Below are positions 53,087 through 64,000 of a DNA stretch of 64,000 nt, in pieces (position 1 is the first letter of the stretch; every line of letters begins with the position of its first letter). The translations under genes were made by a program, and so were the position numbers. The DNA lies in the NCBI RefSeq assembly GCF_009914755.1, contig NC_060926.1; one strand, written 5' to 3'. Below the pieces are notes generated by a model. The model was given only the letters and a program-made list of their open reading frames with translations, was not told the DNA's origin and did not search any database. The DNA comes from the human T2T-CHM13v2.0 reference genome, Homo sapiens.

Positions 53087-53278
53087 TAATATTGCCAGAT
53101 TTAACAACAATAACAACAACAACAACAAAAAATACCGGATGCCCAACTACGTTTGAGATTCAGATAAACAACAAAATTTTTTGGTCTAGGTATGAACCAT
53201 GCAATATTTAAAAATTATTTGTTGTTTATCTGAAATGCAAATGTAGTTGAGTGTCCTGTACTTTATCTTGCAACTCTA
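53087..53278. mobile_element. MER53 with intact 8-bp TSD
   Basis: ATTGCCAGATTTAAC...TTCAGATAAACAACAAAA...TTTGTTGTTTATCTGAAAT...TTATCTTGCAACTCTA. Perfect TSD CCTGGAGA at 53079-53086 and 53279-53286, typical of hAT elements. Confidence 0.92.
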
Positions 53279-53319
53279 CCTGGAGATCAACTTTACAAAT
53301 GCAGTTTGAAAACAGTGAA

Positions 53320-54040
53320 GTGCTCACTTATATGAGGAATCTAAAATAGTCTTACTAGGGGCTGGGAGGAGGGGGAACTGGAGAAGTGTTGATCAAAAGA
53401 TACATGGTTTCAGTTATGCAAGATGAGTAAATCCTAGAGAGCTACTGTACGACACAGTGCATATAGTTAACAATACTATATTATACACTTAAACATTTGT
53501 TAAGAGGGTAGATCTTATGTTAAATATCCTTATTGTAGAAAAAAGGAGAGAGGAAACTTTTAGAGGCAGTGGTTAAGTTTATGGCATTGTTTGTGGTGGT
53601 GGTTTCGGGGGTATATACTTATCTTCAAGCTCATCAAGGCATTGAGTCAGCCCTCCATATCCACGGGTTCCACATCCTCAGATTCATCCAACCACCTGCC
53701 AAAAATTTTTGGGAAAAAAAGCAATAAAAAATAACAATACAGCAATTTTAAAATACAAATTTAAAAATATGCTATATTTATATCTATTTACATAGCATTT
53801 ACATTGTAATAGGTATTATATGTAATCTAGAGATGATTTAAAGTATGCAGGAGGATGTGAATAGGTGATATGCAAATACCACATTGTTTTATATAGGGGA
53901 CTTGGGCATCCCCAGATTTTGGTCTCTGTAGTGGTCCTGGAACCAATCCCCCAAGGATACCGAGGGATAACTGTGTACATTAAATATTTATAGCTTTTTT
54001 GTATGTTAGTCATACCTTAATTTAAAAACTATTTTAAAAG
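53320..54040 (+). mobile_element. L1MB-like 3' end, split by MER2
   Basis: CTCACTTATATGAGGAATCTAAAATAG...TTTCAGTTATGCAAGATGAGTAA...ATAGTTAACAATACT...AAGAGGGTAGATCTTATGTTAA. Confidence 0.88.
53644..53973 (-). mobile_element. MER2 (TcMar-Tigger MITE)
   Basis: GTAATCTAGAGATGATTTAAAGTAT...GTCCTGGAACCAATCCCCCAAGGATACCGAGGGATAACTG, with terminal inverted repeats. Confidence 0.93.
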
Positions 54041-54063
54041 AAAGTAAGAAAATAAAAATGGTG

Positions 54064-54387
<324 letters not shown>

Positions 54388-54545
54388 GAAAATGAAAATG
54401 GTGGAGTGCTACACAAAGTAAAGCTCTTTTGTTTTTAGTCATAACCCCAGTTCTAATTGGTAATGGGCAGGAGTTCCCAGCCCCAGTAGCTTTCATGGCC
54501 CATGTGGAGATCAGATAAGCTCTAAGCATATGAAACACTTGGATA

Positions 54546-54598
54546 AAGTTAATCAGGGTAACAAGCTAACCAAGTTAATCAGGGTAATAAGCTTAACC
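54546..54598 (+). repeat. 26/27-bp tandem duplication
   Basis: AAGTTAATCAGGGTAACAAGCTAACC followed by AAGTTAATCAGGGTAATAAGCTTAACC. Confidence 0.9.
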
Positions 54599-56852
54599 AC
54601 CCACAAGTCCTCTCCCCACCACCACGAACACCTCCCTTCCCAATGGCTGGGAGATTTTTTTCTGGGACCTCTTCTCCTTCCCTCACCACTTAAATAGCTA
54701 AACAACAAAGTTTCACCGGCTACATTTCTGGCTACTGCATGCCAGTTTAGTAAGAGATCCTGAGGAATTTTAATGTGCAGATATGGGGCCTACCCTCAAG
54801 GCTTCACTTTGTCATTGAAGAGACAGTGTACAATTAAGTGTCGAAGCACAATGAGACAGCTCCATTTTACCAACACCTCATTCTCATCAGGCACTACCCT
54901 AGGTGATCTTGTAGAATGCTCCCAGCACCTGGTCCAGGAATCACCCACAGCCAGCCGCCATCGAGGCAGCTGGAAACCTCCAGAGAGCTCCCATCCTACT
55001 GCTGTCAGAGATGCCAGGCGAGGCCCTGATTTCTTATCTGATGGATAATTAATGTTACCAATTTGAGTATATTAGGATAAGAGGCCCTACCCTTTCCCAT
55101 CTCACTTCCTCATAGAAATCTCCTACGACTGATCAAGATGGTCATGCCTCAGTTCAAACTGGACAGGGTCTTAGAATGTGACCTCTCTTGGGACACACCC
55201 TATCCCCAGAATAAGAACAGAAAATGGCTCTATTATTCCTCATTTGTGGACAGAGAGGAGAAAACAGTGTCCGAGTTTCCTTTCCCTAATGCAGGTTTGA
55301 GCTTCTACCAGCAGGGTCAGCCTCCACCTCCCAGACCACTTGCACCTAGACTTTCACTTCCACCTGGCTAGCAGCTGCCCTGCCCTACAGACTCATGCTC
55401 TGCCTTTTTCTTGTTATAGATGCCTAATCTTTTCTCATTTTTCTCCACAATTCCAGTTGATAACTGTAATCAACCTTCTCTCACTGTAGAAGAGGTCTGA
55501 GGTAATGTAATCCCCTGCTTTCATAAGCAGTGGAAGGACAGGATTCAAGGAGAGTTTTCCAACATCTAAGAAAAACAGAGCAGAATATAGCAAGGACAAA
55601 GGAGCCACGCTATTTCCAATTTCCCACGTGGCTTCTTCCAACTCAGCCTCTGGGAACACTGGGAGCATTATGCCTACACACTTAACTGTATTAGGACAGC
55701 CAGCCTTTCTAAGAATGGTTTCTGCTCATGCAATTCCAAGAAGTTTCTCTCCCTTTTCCTGTTTCTCAACCTGGCCTCAATTCATCTCTTACTTAGGGAG
55801 TGCAAAGGAACCCTTTGCAAGATGAGCTGAACCAAGGGACCAGAAAGATGCCCACCTCAGGTGCTGCTTGTATTGGGTAAGGCTTTGGAACCATCTCACT
55901 TATGGTCCAGATTTGACATCTTGGATAACTGAATCCAAGAAACACGTAAACAAGATCTGACTGGACCTGCATGTCTTTGTCTATCATCCTTTCTTCATTT
56001 TCTGGAATGTGTCATTCATTACCTCCATGCTAAGAATTATATCTACTTTTAGTCTCAAAGTCTTCTGTGTTTCTTAAGGGATGCTCGATATAACCTTTTT
56101 TTTTTTTTTTTTAGCTTGCTATTTCAAGGCTTCATTCTACACCACTAACTTGTGGTTAAAAGAACTGTTTTTGTGGTTGTTTCTGTATTATCTGTTTGGG
56201 TTTTTTTGTTTGTTTGTTTTTTGTTTGTTTCTTGTTTTTTGTTGCTATCATTAAAGGAATTCTAGCATCCTAACTTTGATTCCAATATCTGATATGTGAC
56301 CTCATTCTTATCTTTCTGCCTCTAATATTTCCTTTTCCTCACCTAGAATACTCCATGTTGCCTCGGGTCTCTCTGAAATTCCTACCTTTGCTCACATTAC
56401 TTCCCAAATCCCCCATTACTGTTCCCTTAGTTGTGAGTTCCCAAATAAAAAGGTCAGTAAGATTGTTTCCCTCAAAATGAGATACACTCAACCCATTCCT
56501 TTTCACAATTTTCATGGTGAAACTCAACTTCAAACTCAACTTAAAAATCAAACTGTTTTGGGAATTTTTCTTTCAGTCGTCAGCCCATGCCAATCACGTC
56601 TGTGCTCTTTACAAATGGATGGCTAGCCTCGCCTCACAGTAACTTCCCTTTCAAATCCTGCTCCCAAAAACATTTTCTCCCTGTCAGCTTGCCACTGACT
56701 CTCTGCAAATCATCCTGTGATCTCATGTAGAAAGGACATGATACACAAATAAATTTTAGTATCCTATGCTTGGGGGTTATAACTGAAAATAGCTTGGTAG
56801 TCAGGAAAAAAATGATGTGTGCATAGCACAAATATATATTTCTATGTGTGTA

Positions 56853-56884
56853 TACATATATATGATGCTACATATATATGATGC
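56853..56884 (+). repeat. Perfect 16-bp tandem duplication in an AT-rich tract
   Basis: TACATATATATGATGC twice. Confidence 0.9.
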
Positions 56885-57079
56885 ACATGTCAATCATCTT
56901 AAATCCAATATGACAATTTGCAAAATAAAACACAACTTCTCCTCAAACGTCCAGGATCTTTAAGTTGAAACAAGTGCTTCATGGATGATAAAGCTATTTA
57001 AAACCTGAATTATCCTTCATCTATCTGTAGACAACAACATCCTGTTTAGTACCCAACCTCAATAATCATCACTTATGAT

Positions 57080-57335
57080 ATTATTACCAGGGCTGCCGCT
57101 TATGGAAGGTAACTACATGCCAGCACTCTGCCAAGCAGTGCAAGCATCTGAACTCTTCATTCTCACAAAAACCCCATACGGTAAATATGCCTTATCCCCA
57201 TTTCATAGATGAGGAAACCAAGGCTTAAAGAGGTCGGTAACTTGCCGAAGTTCTCATAATCTGATAAGTGATAGAGCAAGGATTAGAACTCAAGCTCACC
57301 CCACTCTGAAGCCACCGTAAGTCATTGCTGCAGTT
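57080..57335 (-). mobile_element. MIR, full length
   Basis: TTATCCCCATTTCATAGATGAGGAAACCAAGGCTTAAAGAGGTCGGTAACTTGCCGAAG...GGATTAGAACTCAAG. Confidence 0.92.
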
Positions 57336-58239
57336 CTGAAAGGTTCCTTGGAGGGCTTCATGTTAAACCTGTGCAGGGGTCAGGAATCTGTGGTCTTCCC
57401 ACCAGACTGTTCACCCAGAGACTAATCAGTCAGCCTTTCTTTGGTAAGTCAAACTTTGCTCCCCATCTTTTGTGAAGTATAAAGATGATTCATTGCTTAC
57501 ACGGAAATTGATCTAACCACTGTTTTATGAAAAATGCAGGAGTTCCATATCTTTAGAAGGACTTCTTGAAGAAATTTGAATTAGGGAACAAAGTAGTTAA
57601 ATTTTTCTGTCTTTTCTGGTCTTTTTAGCTACTGATTAATGCACAGTCGTGGATGTTGGAAAGACTTAAGGAAATCAATAATAATATTAACCCTTATGAA
57701 AAGGTTTGCTATGAGATGGGATTGTAGCTCAAGGTCTTTAATGGTAAATAGTCAAAAGTTAGAGTTCATGGGTGCCAGCTCCGTTGGCAGGTGTGAACCT
57801 TCTTGCTACTATGACCTTCAACATTTCCTTAGGACCTGACACTCTCTTGGTCCAAAAGAGATAGTGATCCCTTCCTGTAACAATACCTAGACCCAGAAGA
57901 GAGAAAAAACAGTAGGGTTGGCTTCTACAGCCAGGCAACAATATTGAAAGTGAATGGTGCCCTCCCCCAACACCCTCCCAGCCAGGCAGATCATCCACCC
58001 CCCAGCTTTGTCCTCTTAAGAAGAATGCCCCTTGTCTCTCAGGCCACAGTTGGTCATGAGGATTAACCCCTCCCACCCTTTCACCCCCTCCCCAGCATGG
58101 CCCCCCTTTCCAACTGTCCTTTGGGCAGACATGACTGACAAGAGTACCACAGGCGATGATGTCACAAAGAGAGGAGGCAGTGTGCCCTGTTAGACCATCT
58201 TTCACTCCAGTGGACTCGCCTTCACAGACAAATTGATTT

Positions 58240-58610
58240 GCAAAGGTTCAGGCTGCCAGCCCAGCCTGCTTTGCATACAGAATGCTCCCTGGTGACACAA
58301 TAAAAAGTGGCCAGGCTAACAGAGGAGCGCAGCGGGGTCTGGCCGGTTCAAAGTCCAAACTCCACACCCCCTCACCTCAGTCTGGTTTGAAAGGTCACTG
58401 TGTGTCTGGGAAAATAGTCACAGGATACAATCCTTTATTAAAGGTCACTATTTTTCACCAGCACTTAACACACACTTACACACAAATTGAGACTGGAGAT
58501 GGAAAAAAAAAACTGGGGGCTGCATCGCATTGTATATTGTGCTTGCAAGATTTATGTCTTGTGGTCACCAGCAATAAACACACACTGCTTCGGTATTAAA
58601 GTTCACATTA
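58240..58610. promoter_or_regulatory. Candidate enhancer with HNF4-type DR1 and further nuclear-receptor half-sites
   Basis: GGTTCAAAGTCCA at 58345-58357, RG(G/T)TCA at 58245, 58392, 58442 and 58600, CAATAAAA at about 58298, ATAAACA at about 58574. Confidence 0.45.
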
Positions 58611-59029
58611 ATCCACTGATTCCCCCTCCCCTTGAAACCAGCCTCTTCTTTGCCAGGCAAACCTGGGCAAATGGAGACTTTTGTTCATCTCTTTTGTTCC
58701 TTTCCCATCTTTCCCTTCCCTTGTTGCAAGTTGTTTTTGTATTGCTTTGTTTTTTTAATTATTTTTGGTGTTGGTGTTGTTGACATGCTGCCAGGAACTT
58801 TACTCCTAGTTCCCTCTCTTGCCCAGTGAATGATGTGTACCCAGCATTTGGGTCCAAGGCCATGTGCTGTCACCATGCCCGAGATGCAGTGTCCATGGAT
58901 CTGTATGAGTCTCAGACCTTGAAAAGCAAAAGTCAAGTTCTTTTATGAGCTGCTGGTGAAAATCCAGGGGAGCACCTTGGTTAAGCCAGTAACTATAAAG
59001 CCACCAACGAGAGTACCAGTCCTGCCTAT

Positions 59030-59700
59030 CCATTATGGCATATATTTTATTTTAGTAAATGCTTCCAATACACCCAAAAATAGCAATTGTATTTTCCTCC
59101 AGTAACAGACAGTTCACATTGGGTTACCAAAGAACGTTAACAATAACAATCCCTGCATTCATAACAAAAGAGATTATCAAAGATGTCAGCCCGAGCTGTT
59201 AGATTAATTTAGGCAAGAATTGCAAAAGAAAATATTTAGGGGAAATTCTATGAATTTCAAATAGCCAGTAAAATGTATGATGTTGAGGATTCCACTCTGC
59301 TCCATAGCACATCTTTGCAAAGCTTTTGCCAGTGATAGATTTCTGAGCTATCAAAAGCACATTAATTTTTTCTGATTAAAACAGCTGTGAAAATATACAA
59401 GTGTAACTGTGAAAAATCCAGGGCTTATTGTAATACTTTAAGCAAAACAAGGATAAAAGATTTTTAAATACGGACTTGCCAAAAGTAAAATATCTAACAC
59501 GAAGGGAGCTAATTCTGCGTGTGCTTCTGATATTTTGGCATAAATACTTTAATCCTCTTGTCCATCCCGTTGGCACCTCGTCTACAGTTGACTTGTTAAG
59601 GGCGAGTTCCTTTGTAATGTCGTCAGCACCTCTCCATAGTTATTGACTGTGCTCTCATTAAAACGGCAAGATCACAAAACAGCAGAAGTGAGAAGAGGTG
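59030..59700. promoter_or_regulatory. Repeat-free AT-rich enhancer-like block
   Basis: SOX-like AACAAT, TCF-like ATCAAAG, and TAATT/ATTAAT motifs. No repeat similarity recognised. Confidence 0.3.
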
Positions 59701-61671
59701 GGGAGGCAGCCGGCTCCTCACTACAAAGGTATTCAAAAAGGCACGAGAACCTAAAGGAGAAATGAAAAAACATGGCAGAAGTGAAACTGTCTGACAAGGA
59801 GGAGGAGAAGGAGGAGGAGGACCTTTCTGGAGGTGGGGCCAGGGTTTAGAAATTCTGTTTTTGTGTTTTTGTTTATTAGAAAAATACACAGGGCGTCACC
59901 AAAGCCAAGTTCAAGTTGCTTGTAGTCTTCGTGCAGAGTTATGCCATGCTTGGCACGTGAATGTAGCACACACACACAGACACACACGCCTTGTCTTCTT
60001 CTCATTGCTTAAAAATAAATCCTTTTTGGAGGAAGATGTCGACTTCTCTTGCTAGCATCCCTGCTTTGGGTTTAGCTAGTGATGATTTCACTGTGGGCCC
60101 AGACTCCTCATTCCTCATCTATTGCCTTGAAAGGAGCGACCTTATGAATAAAGTCACTGTGTGATTCAAAAGCATGGTTGGGGTGGGCATGCTTATTCAA
60201 AACAAGCTGCCTTTTGAGGGGAAGCATCCAAAATGTAACCCCCTAACTCTGAAGACAGCGTAAAGATGAAGAAAAGAAGAGAAGAGAAAAAAGAAAAGAA
60301 GCTCTCCCTCCCCGCCCTGCTGCAGGCTGGACACACAGGATGGGGCTGCGTGCTGCGTGAGCCCTCTGCCGGCTCCCATTCAGATGGGCGTTCTGAGATT
60401 GGAGGCTTCGGGTCTGACAGTGAAGTTGCCAAGTGCTACCCATTCCCAACATAGAGCCCAGACCCAGCATTCTCCTGCCTCCGAAACAACGACTCTCCTG
60501 CATGCAAATGCCACTGCTCCTCCAATCTGTTAACAGAGAAATCTGCAGTCCCACTGTAAACATAAGTGTCTGGGATTCCAACCCTCCAGCTCCCAAAATG
60601 TGCAAAGGCAATGCACTAATGCACAAAACGTCTGGGGCTCAGCCGAGGCGTTACATCAGTCTCTACAAAAGGATACTTTCAGGACAGCCAAGGATGAAGA
60701 GCTGGATTCTGAGGGAGTCTGAGAATTGCTGAGCCAAAAAGATCCCTCTCTTTCCTCCCCTCTGTCAAACTTTTCGTGCTCTTGCCCCTCTCTTCCTCTC
60801 AACTTCCACCCCCACCCTCCTTCAGCCAGGTGATTAATTCCTGGCCCCTACAAGTCTCTAAAGGGATCCACCCTCCCTGCAGTGACACCCAGTGCTAAGG
60901 GCAGAGAGGAACAACCAGAAGCTCATCTGTTGTCACATGTGGCCAAAAGCCCCCTCAGGCAGGCTGAATGTGCCCTGGTCCTTAGACACCTGGGCACTCT
61001 GCTGTGCCCTGAATAGGATGCTCCGTGGTATAACCCAGCCGGGACCACAAGCCTGGCCACCATCTGGGGGTTCATGATGCCCTGCATCCCAGAAGGGTCC
61101 CCAAGATCCTTTGCAAAATACAGTTTTGCTCTGAAGGCCAGTCCTCTCACTCTGTAGCCTCCTGTCCAGGACCACACCACTCACATCTCTGTATTCTAAA
61201 CCTGCTCTCCCTGCAGCATCCCAGGAAACCTGTGGGCAGGTACCCACGGGAACTGCCCATTCTACAGCCTGTGGAGGACCACCACCTCTCTCTTACTGTA
61301 AGAAATACTTAGATTTTTCCATGCACTGCAAGCCCTTGTAATCGTCCTTCCAGGTGGGTAAAATCTAGCTAACAAAAACACCTCTCAGGACACAGTGCAT
61401 CATCAGGCTGAAAACCAGTGTCACTTTTCTTTGAGGTTCATGGTTTGGGACATTTTAGTTTTTCCTGTTTTTGCAGACTCCAAAGAGAAATATTTCAGAT
61501 ATTTTCTTACTCTTTTACTATTAAAGTCTGTAAGTATTATATGTGAGTGTGTATGTGTATTTGTGCAAATTGCACTAGCGGAAAATACTGATCCAGTCAT
61601 GATGTAGTCACAGGGGAGGCCTCAGTCACTCACAGACTTTGAAGACAGGCGGCCTCGTATCAGTGCATCCA

Positions 61672-61785
61672 GACTAATAGCTCCATGAGGACAGGGATTT
61701 TTGTCTGTCTTATATCCTGCTTAGCTGCAGCATCTAGAATAGTGCTGGCTCCACAGTCCACACTCAAAATACATTTATTGAGAGA
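61672..61785 (+). mobile_element. L2 3' end
   Basis: AGCTCCATGAGGACAGGGATTTTTGTCTGTCTT...CATCTAGAATAGTGCTGGC...ACTCAAAATACATTTATTGA. Confidence 0.85.
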
Positions 61786-64000
61786 TGTTACATGTCAGAA
61801 TGCAAGTATATGACTCAGTAGTTTCTACCATCTCTTTTTTTTTCCACTGATTCAAAGAAAAATCACCTGGATAGGAGATCAACAAGATCCCTTCTGCTTA
61901 TTGAACCTTTCTTTTGTGGTCCTCCAAGGGGAAGATGAGGCAAGCATGTGCGTGTCTGTGAATAGGCACACGCATGGGGTGTTGGTAGCTATATGTGGGT
62001 TTTTTCCCTTTGCTATGTCTCATCCAATCCCATCTCTTCTTAGCTGCCTGGGTCATGCACCTGAGCTTTGTTATAATAGTAATTACAATGGTTTTGACAG
62101 CCTTATGAATGTAGTTCAGAAAGCAGCTGTCACAGGAATTAGCAAGTTTTGCAAACAGCTCAGCTCTGAGGTGGTAGGAGCCCAGGCCAGGACAGGAGGA
62201 GTTAACCGAGATGAGTGGGGTGTTATGCAAAGCACCAAATCCCTAAACTCCTGCGAAGATCTTTGATGGCCGTGATCAATAGATTCTCAGACCACACTGA
62301 CATAACCTTGTCATGCCTCAGCAAGGGTACAGTGGCTAAAAAGGCATGGGGAAGTGGAGAGGTGGGAGGAGAGGGGGAGAGTGAGAGGACAGGGAGGGGA
62401 TAAAGATATCATGCCCTCCCCTTGCTGGCTCCCCCAGCACCCCCCCTTTCCATACCCACCCCCTCTTCAACAGGCATCACACAGCAAGTGACTGGTAATG
62501 GTTCTTTGGCCTTGTATAGCTTTTAAAATCCTTCAGCTGAAGCATCTCAGCTCCAATCGCCAGCAAAGCCTGAGCACCCTTGAGACCCTGGTGCAGATAA
62601 TCATCATCCACTCAGTGACAAGAAGCTGAGCGCCGCTTCGGTACCAAGGAGACCGAATGTGGCAGGGCACCAAGGTGCCATCTTAGATGCATCCAGGCAG
62701 CAGCAGCACACAGGGAGGTGTATGTGTTTGCAAGTTGTTGGGTTTTTTTTCCTCCTTCTCCTTCTTCTTCTTCATCTTCTCCCTCTGTTCTCTCACCCTG
62801 CTCAGAGAATCCTCTTTCTTGAGAGGGATGCCGTTAACTCAGCTGCTCTTAGCATGCTTCCTTTTCCCTGTGCCTGCCGGGCCAAATTCAGCCCTGCAGT
62901 CAATACTGTTGGAAAAGAAAATGACATTAATTTGTGTAAAAGTGTAATCCAAAGGTGGGTGAGTGATTTTTCTTGCTTTCAGAGAGATGCAGGTTTGAGT
63001 TTATGATTACATAAACGAGAGCCAGCTGGTCAGCAGCTTCCTACCTTCCACCCAGCACTTCCCCAGTGCTCTTTCTGCCGAGTGACAGCATTACAGTTAA
63101 TGGTGTTGCATTATGTATACAATCCACTGTGGATGGTACAGCTGGCTGGGATGGTCCTGCGGACCAGGGTGCTGATGGGTATTTACATGCCCACTGAAAG
63201 GTGGGAGAGAGAATGTCTAGAAATAGAAGAAAAGCCTTCCCTAATACACACAGAGCCCACACCCCCAGCTGCTCGGAACAGCGGGTACATGTCCAGGTCG
63301 TTTAGATTCCCCTTCTACCTCAGGCCTTGCGCTCACATTTTCCATGCACAGAGCTCCCTGGCAAACTGAAGATGTTCTAAACAAGGACTACTACAGCCCT
63401 TGCACATATTAAAAACAGCTCTCCAAACAGCCCAAAATATTTTAATTCCATTGTCAACTTTCCATCTCACACCTTAACAAGGGGCAGTCCTCAGAGAGGG
63501 ACAGCTCTGAGCAATTGTCCTTTGCAGGCGTGACTTTGTTTAAGGCCAAGTCACCAGGCCTGAAGCCCCTGCCTAGAAGCAGATCGATTTTACTATTAAG
63601 CAGTCAGTCGTGCAAAGGAGACGCAGGCATGGAGGTTTGCGAAAGGAAAGACTGTTCTATTCCCGTCGCCGTGAGGACAGAGGTGGGCATTGCATATGCA
63701 GCTTTGGGATCCCCCGGGGGCGAATGAACATTAGGCACTGACCACCATGCTGAAAGAGGTCACCATAATGAAGCCGGGGGCCTGGGAGAGTGGGAAAGGA
63801 AACCATCTTTGCCATGTAAGAATGGAAAGTTTGCCAGAAACCGAAGCAGGGATTTTAGTATCCCAGAGAGTCTGACGAAACAAAGTTGCGTCTTTAAAAA
63901 GTTATTTAAGGGATTGGCCTTCTGTGGGGACGGAGGAGGTGGTAGCCTGTATGTGAAACCCTGGAGAGAGTAGGGGCAGTTTCAGTGTCTGTCTCTCTCC

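Overview
Primate (very probably human) non-coding genomic DNA. I cannot support any protein-coding exon, tRNA, rRNA, snRNA or processed pseudogene, and I cannot name the locus from sequence alone. The ORF track consists of chance ORFs and Alu-, L2- or microsatellite-derived ORFs. The window carries 8 dimeric Alus (AluS and AluY, most with visible target-site duplications), a FLAM and a FAM monomer, many MIR and L2 relics, several old L1M fragments, four MaLR/ERVL solo LTRs (all on +) and hAT/Tigger MITEs (MER5, MER53, MER2, MER46C-like and others). Between these lie repeat-free blocks rich in homeodomain, SOX, MEIS/PBX and nuclear-receptor motifs (about 3.0-4.6, 13.2-13.6, 15.2-15.9, 31.1-32.3 and 58.2-59.7 kb). 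These resemble conserved developmental enhancers in a gene desert or large intron, although conservation is inferred, not measured. The most unusual observations are: (1) a 26-28 bp sequence present three times (one copy inverted relative to the other two) plus an inverted L1 piece and AT-rich filler at 34.6-35.3 kb, which looks like a recent template-switching scar in an ancient L1; (2) four tandem GC-box units in a small CpG patch at 39.5 kb; (3) a 23-bp motif shared by two enhancer-like blocks 16 kb apart; (4) a consensus HNF4 DR1 within a nuclear-receptor/CDX/FOX motif cluster at 58.3 kb. I found no convincing evidence of a wholly new biological system. Repeat subfamily names come from recalled consensus sequences, and boundaries of old repeats are approximate.
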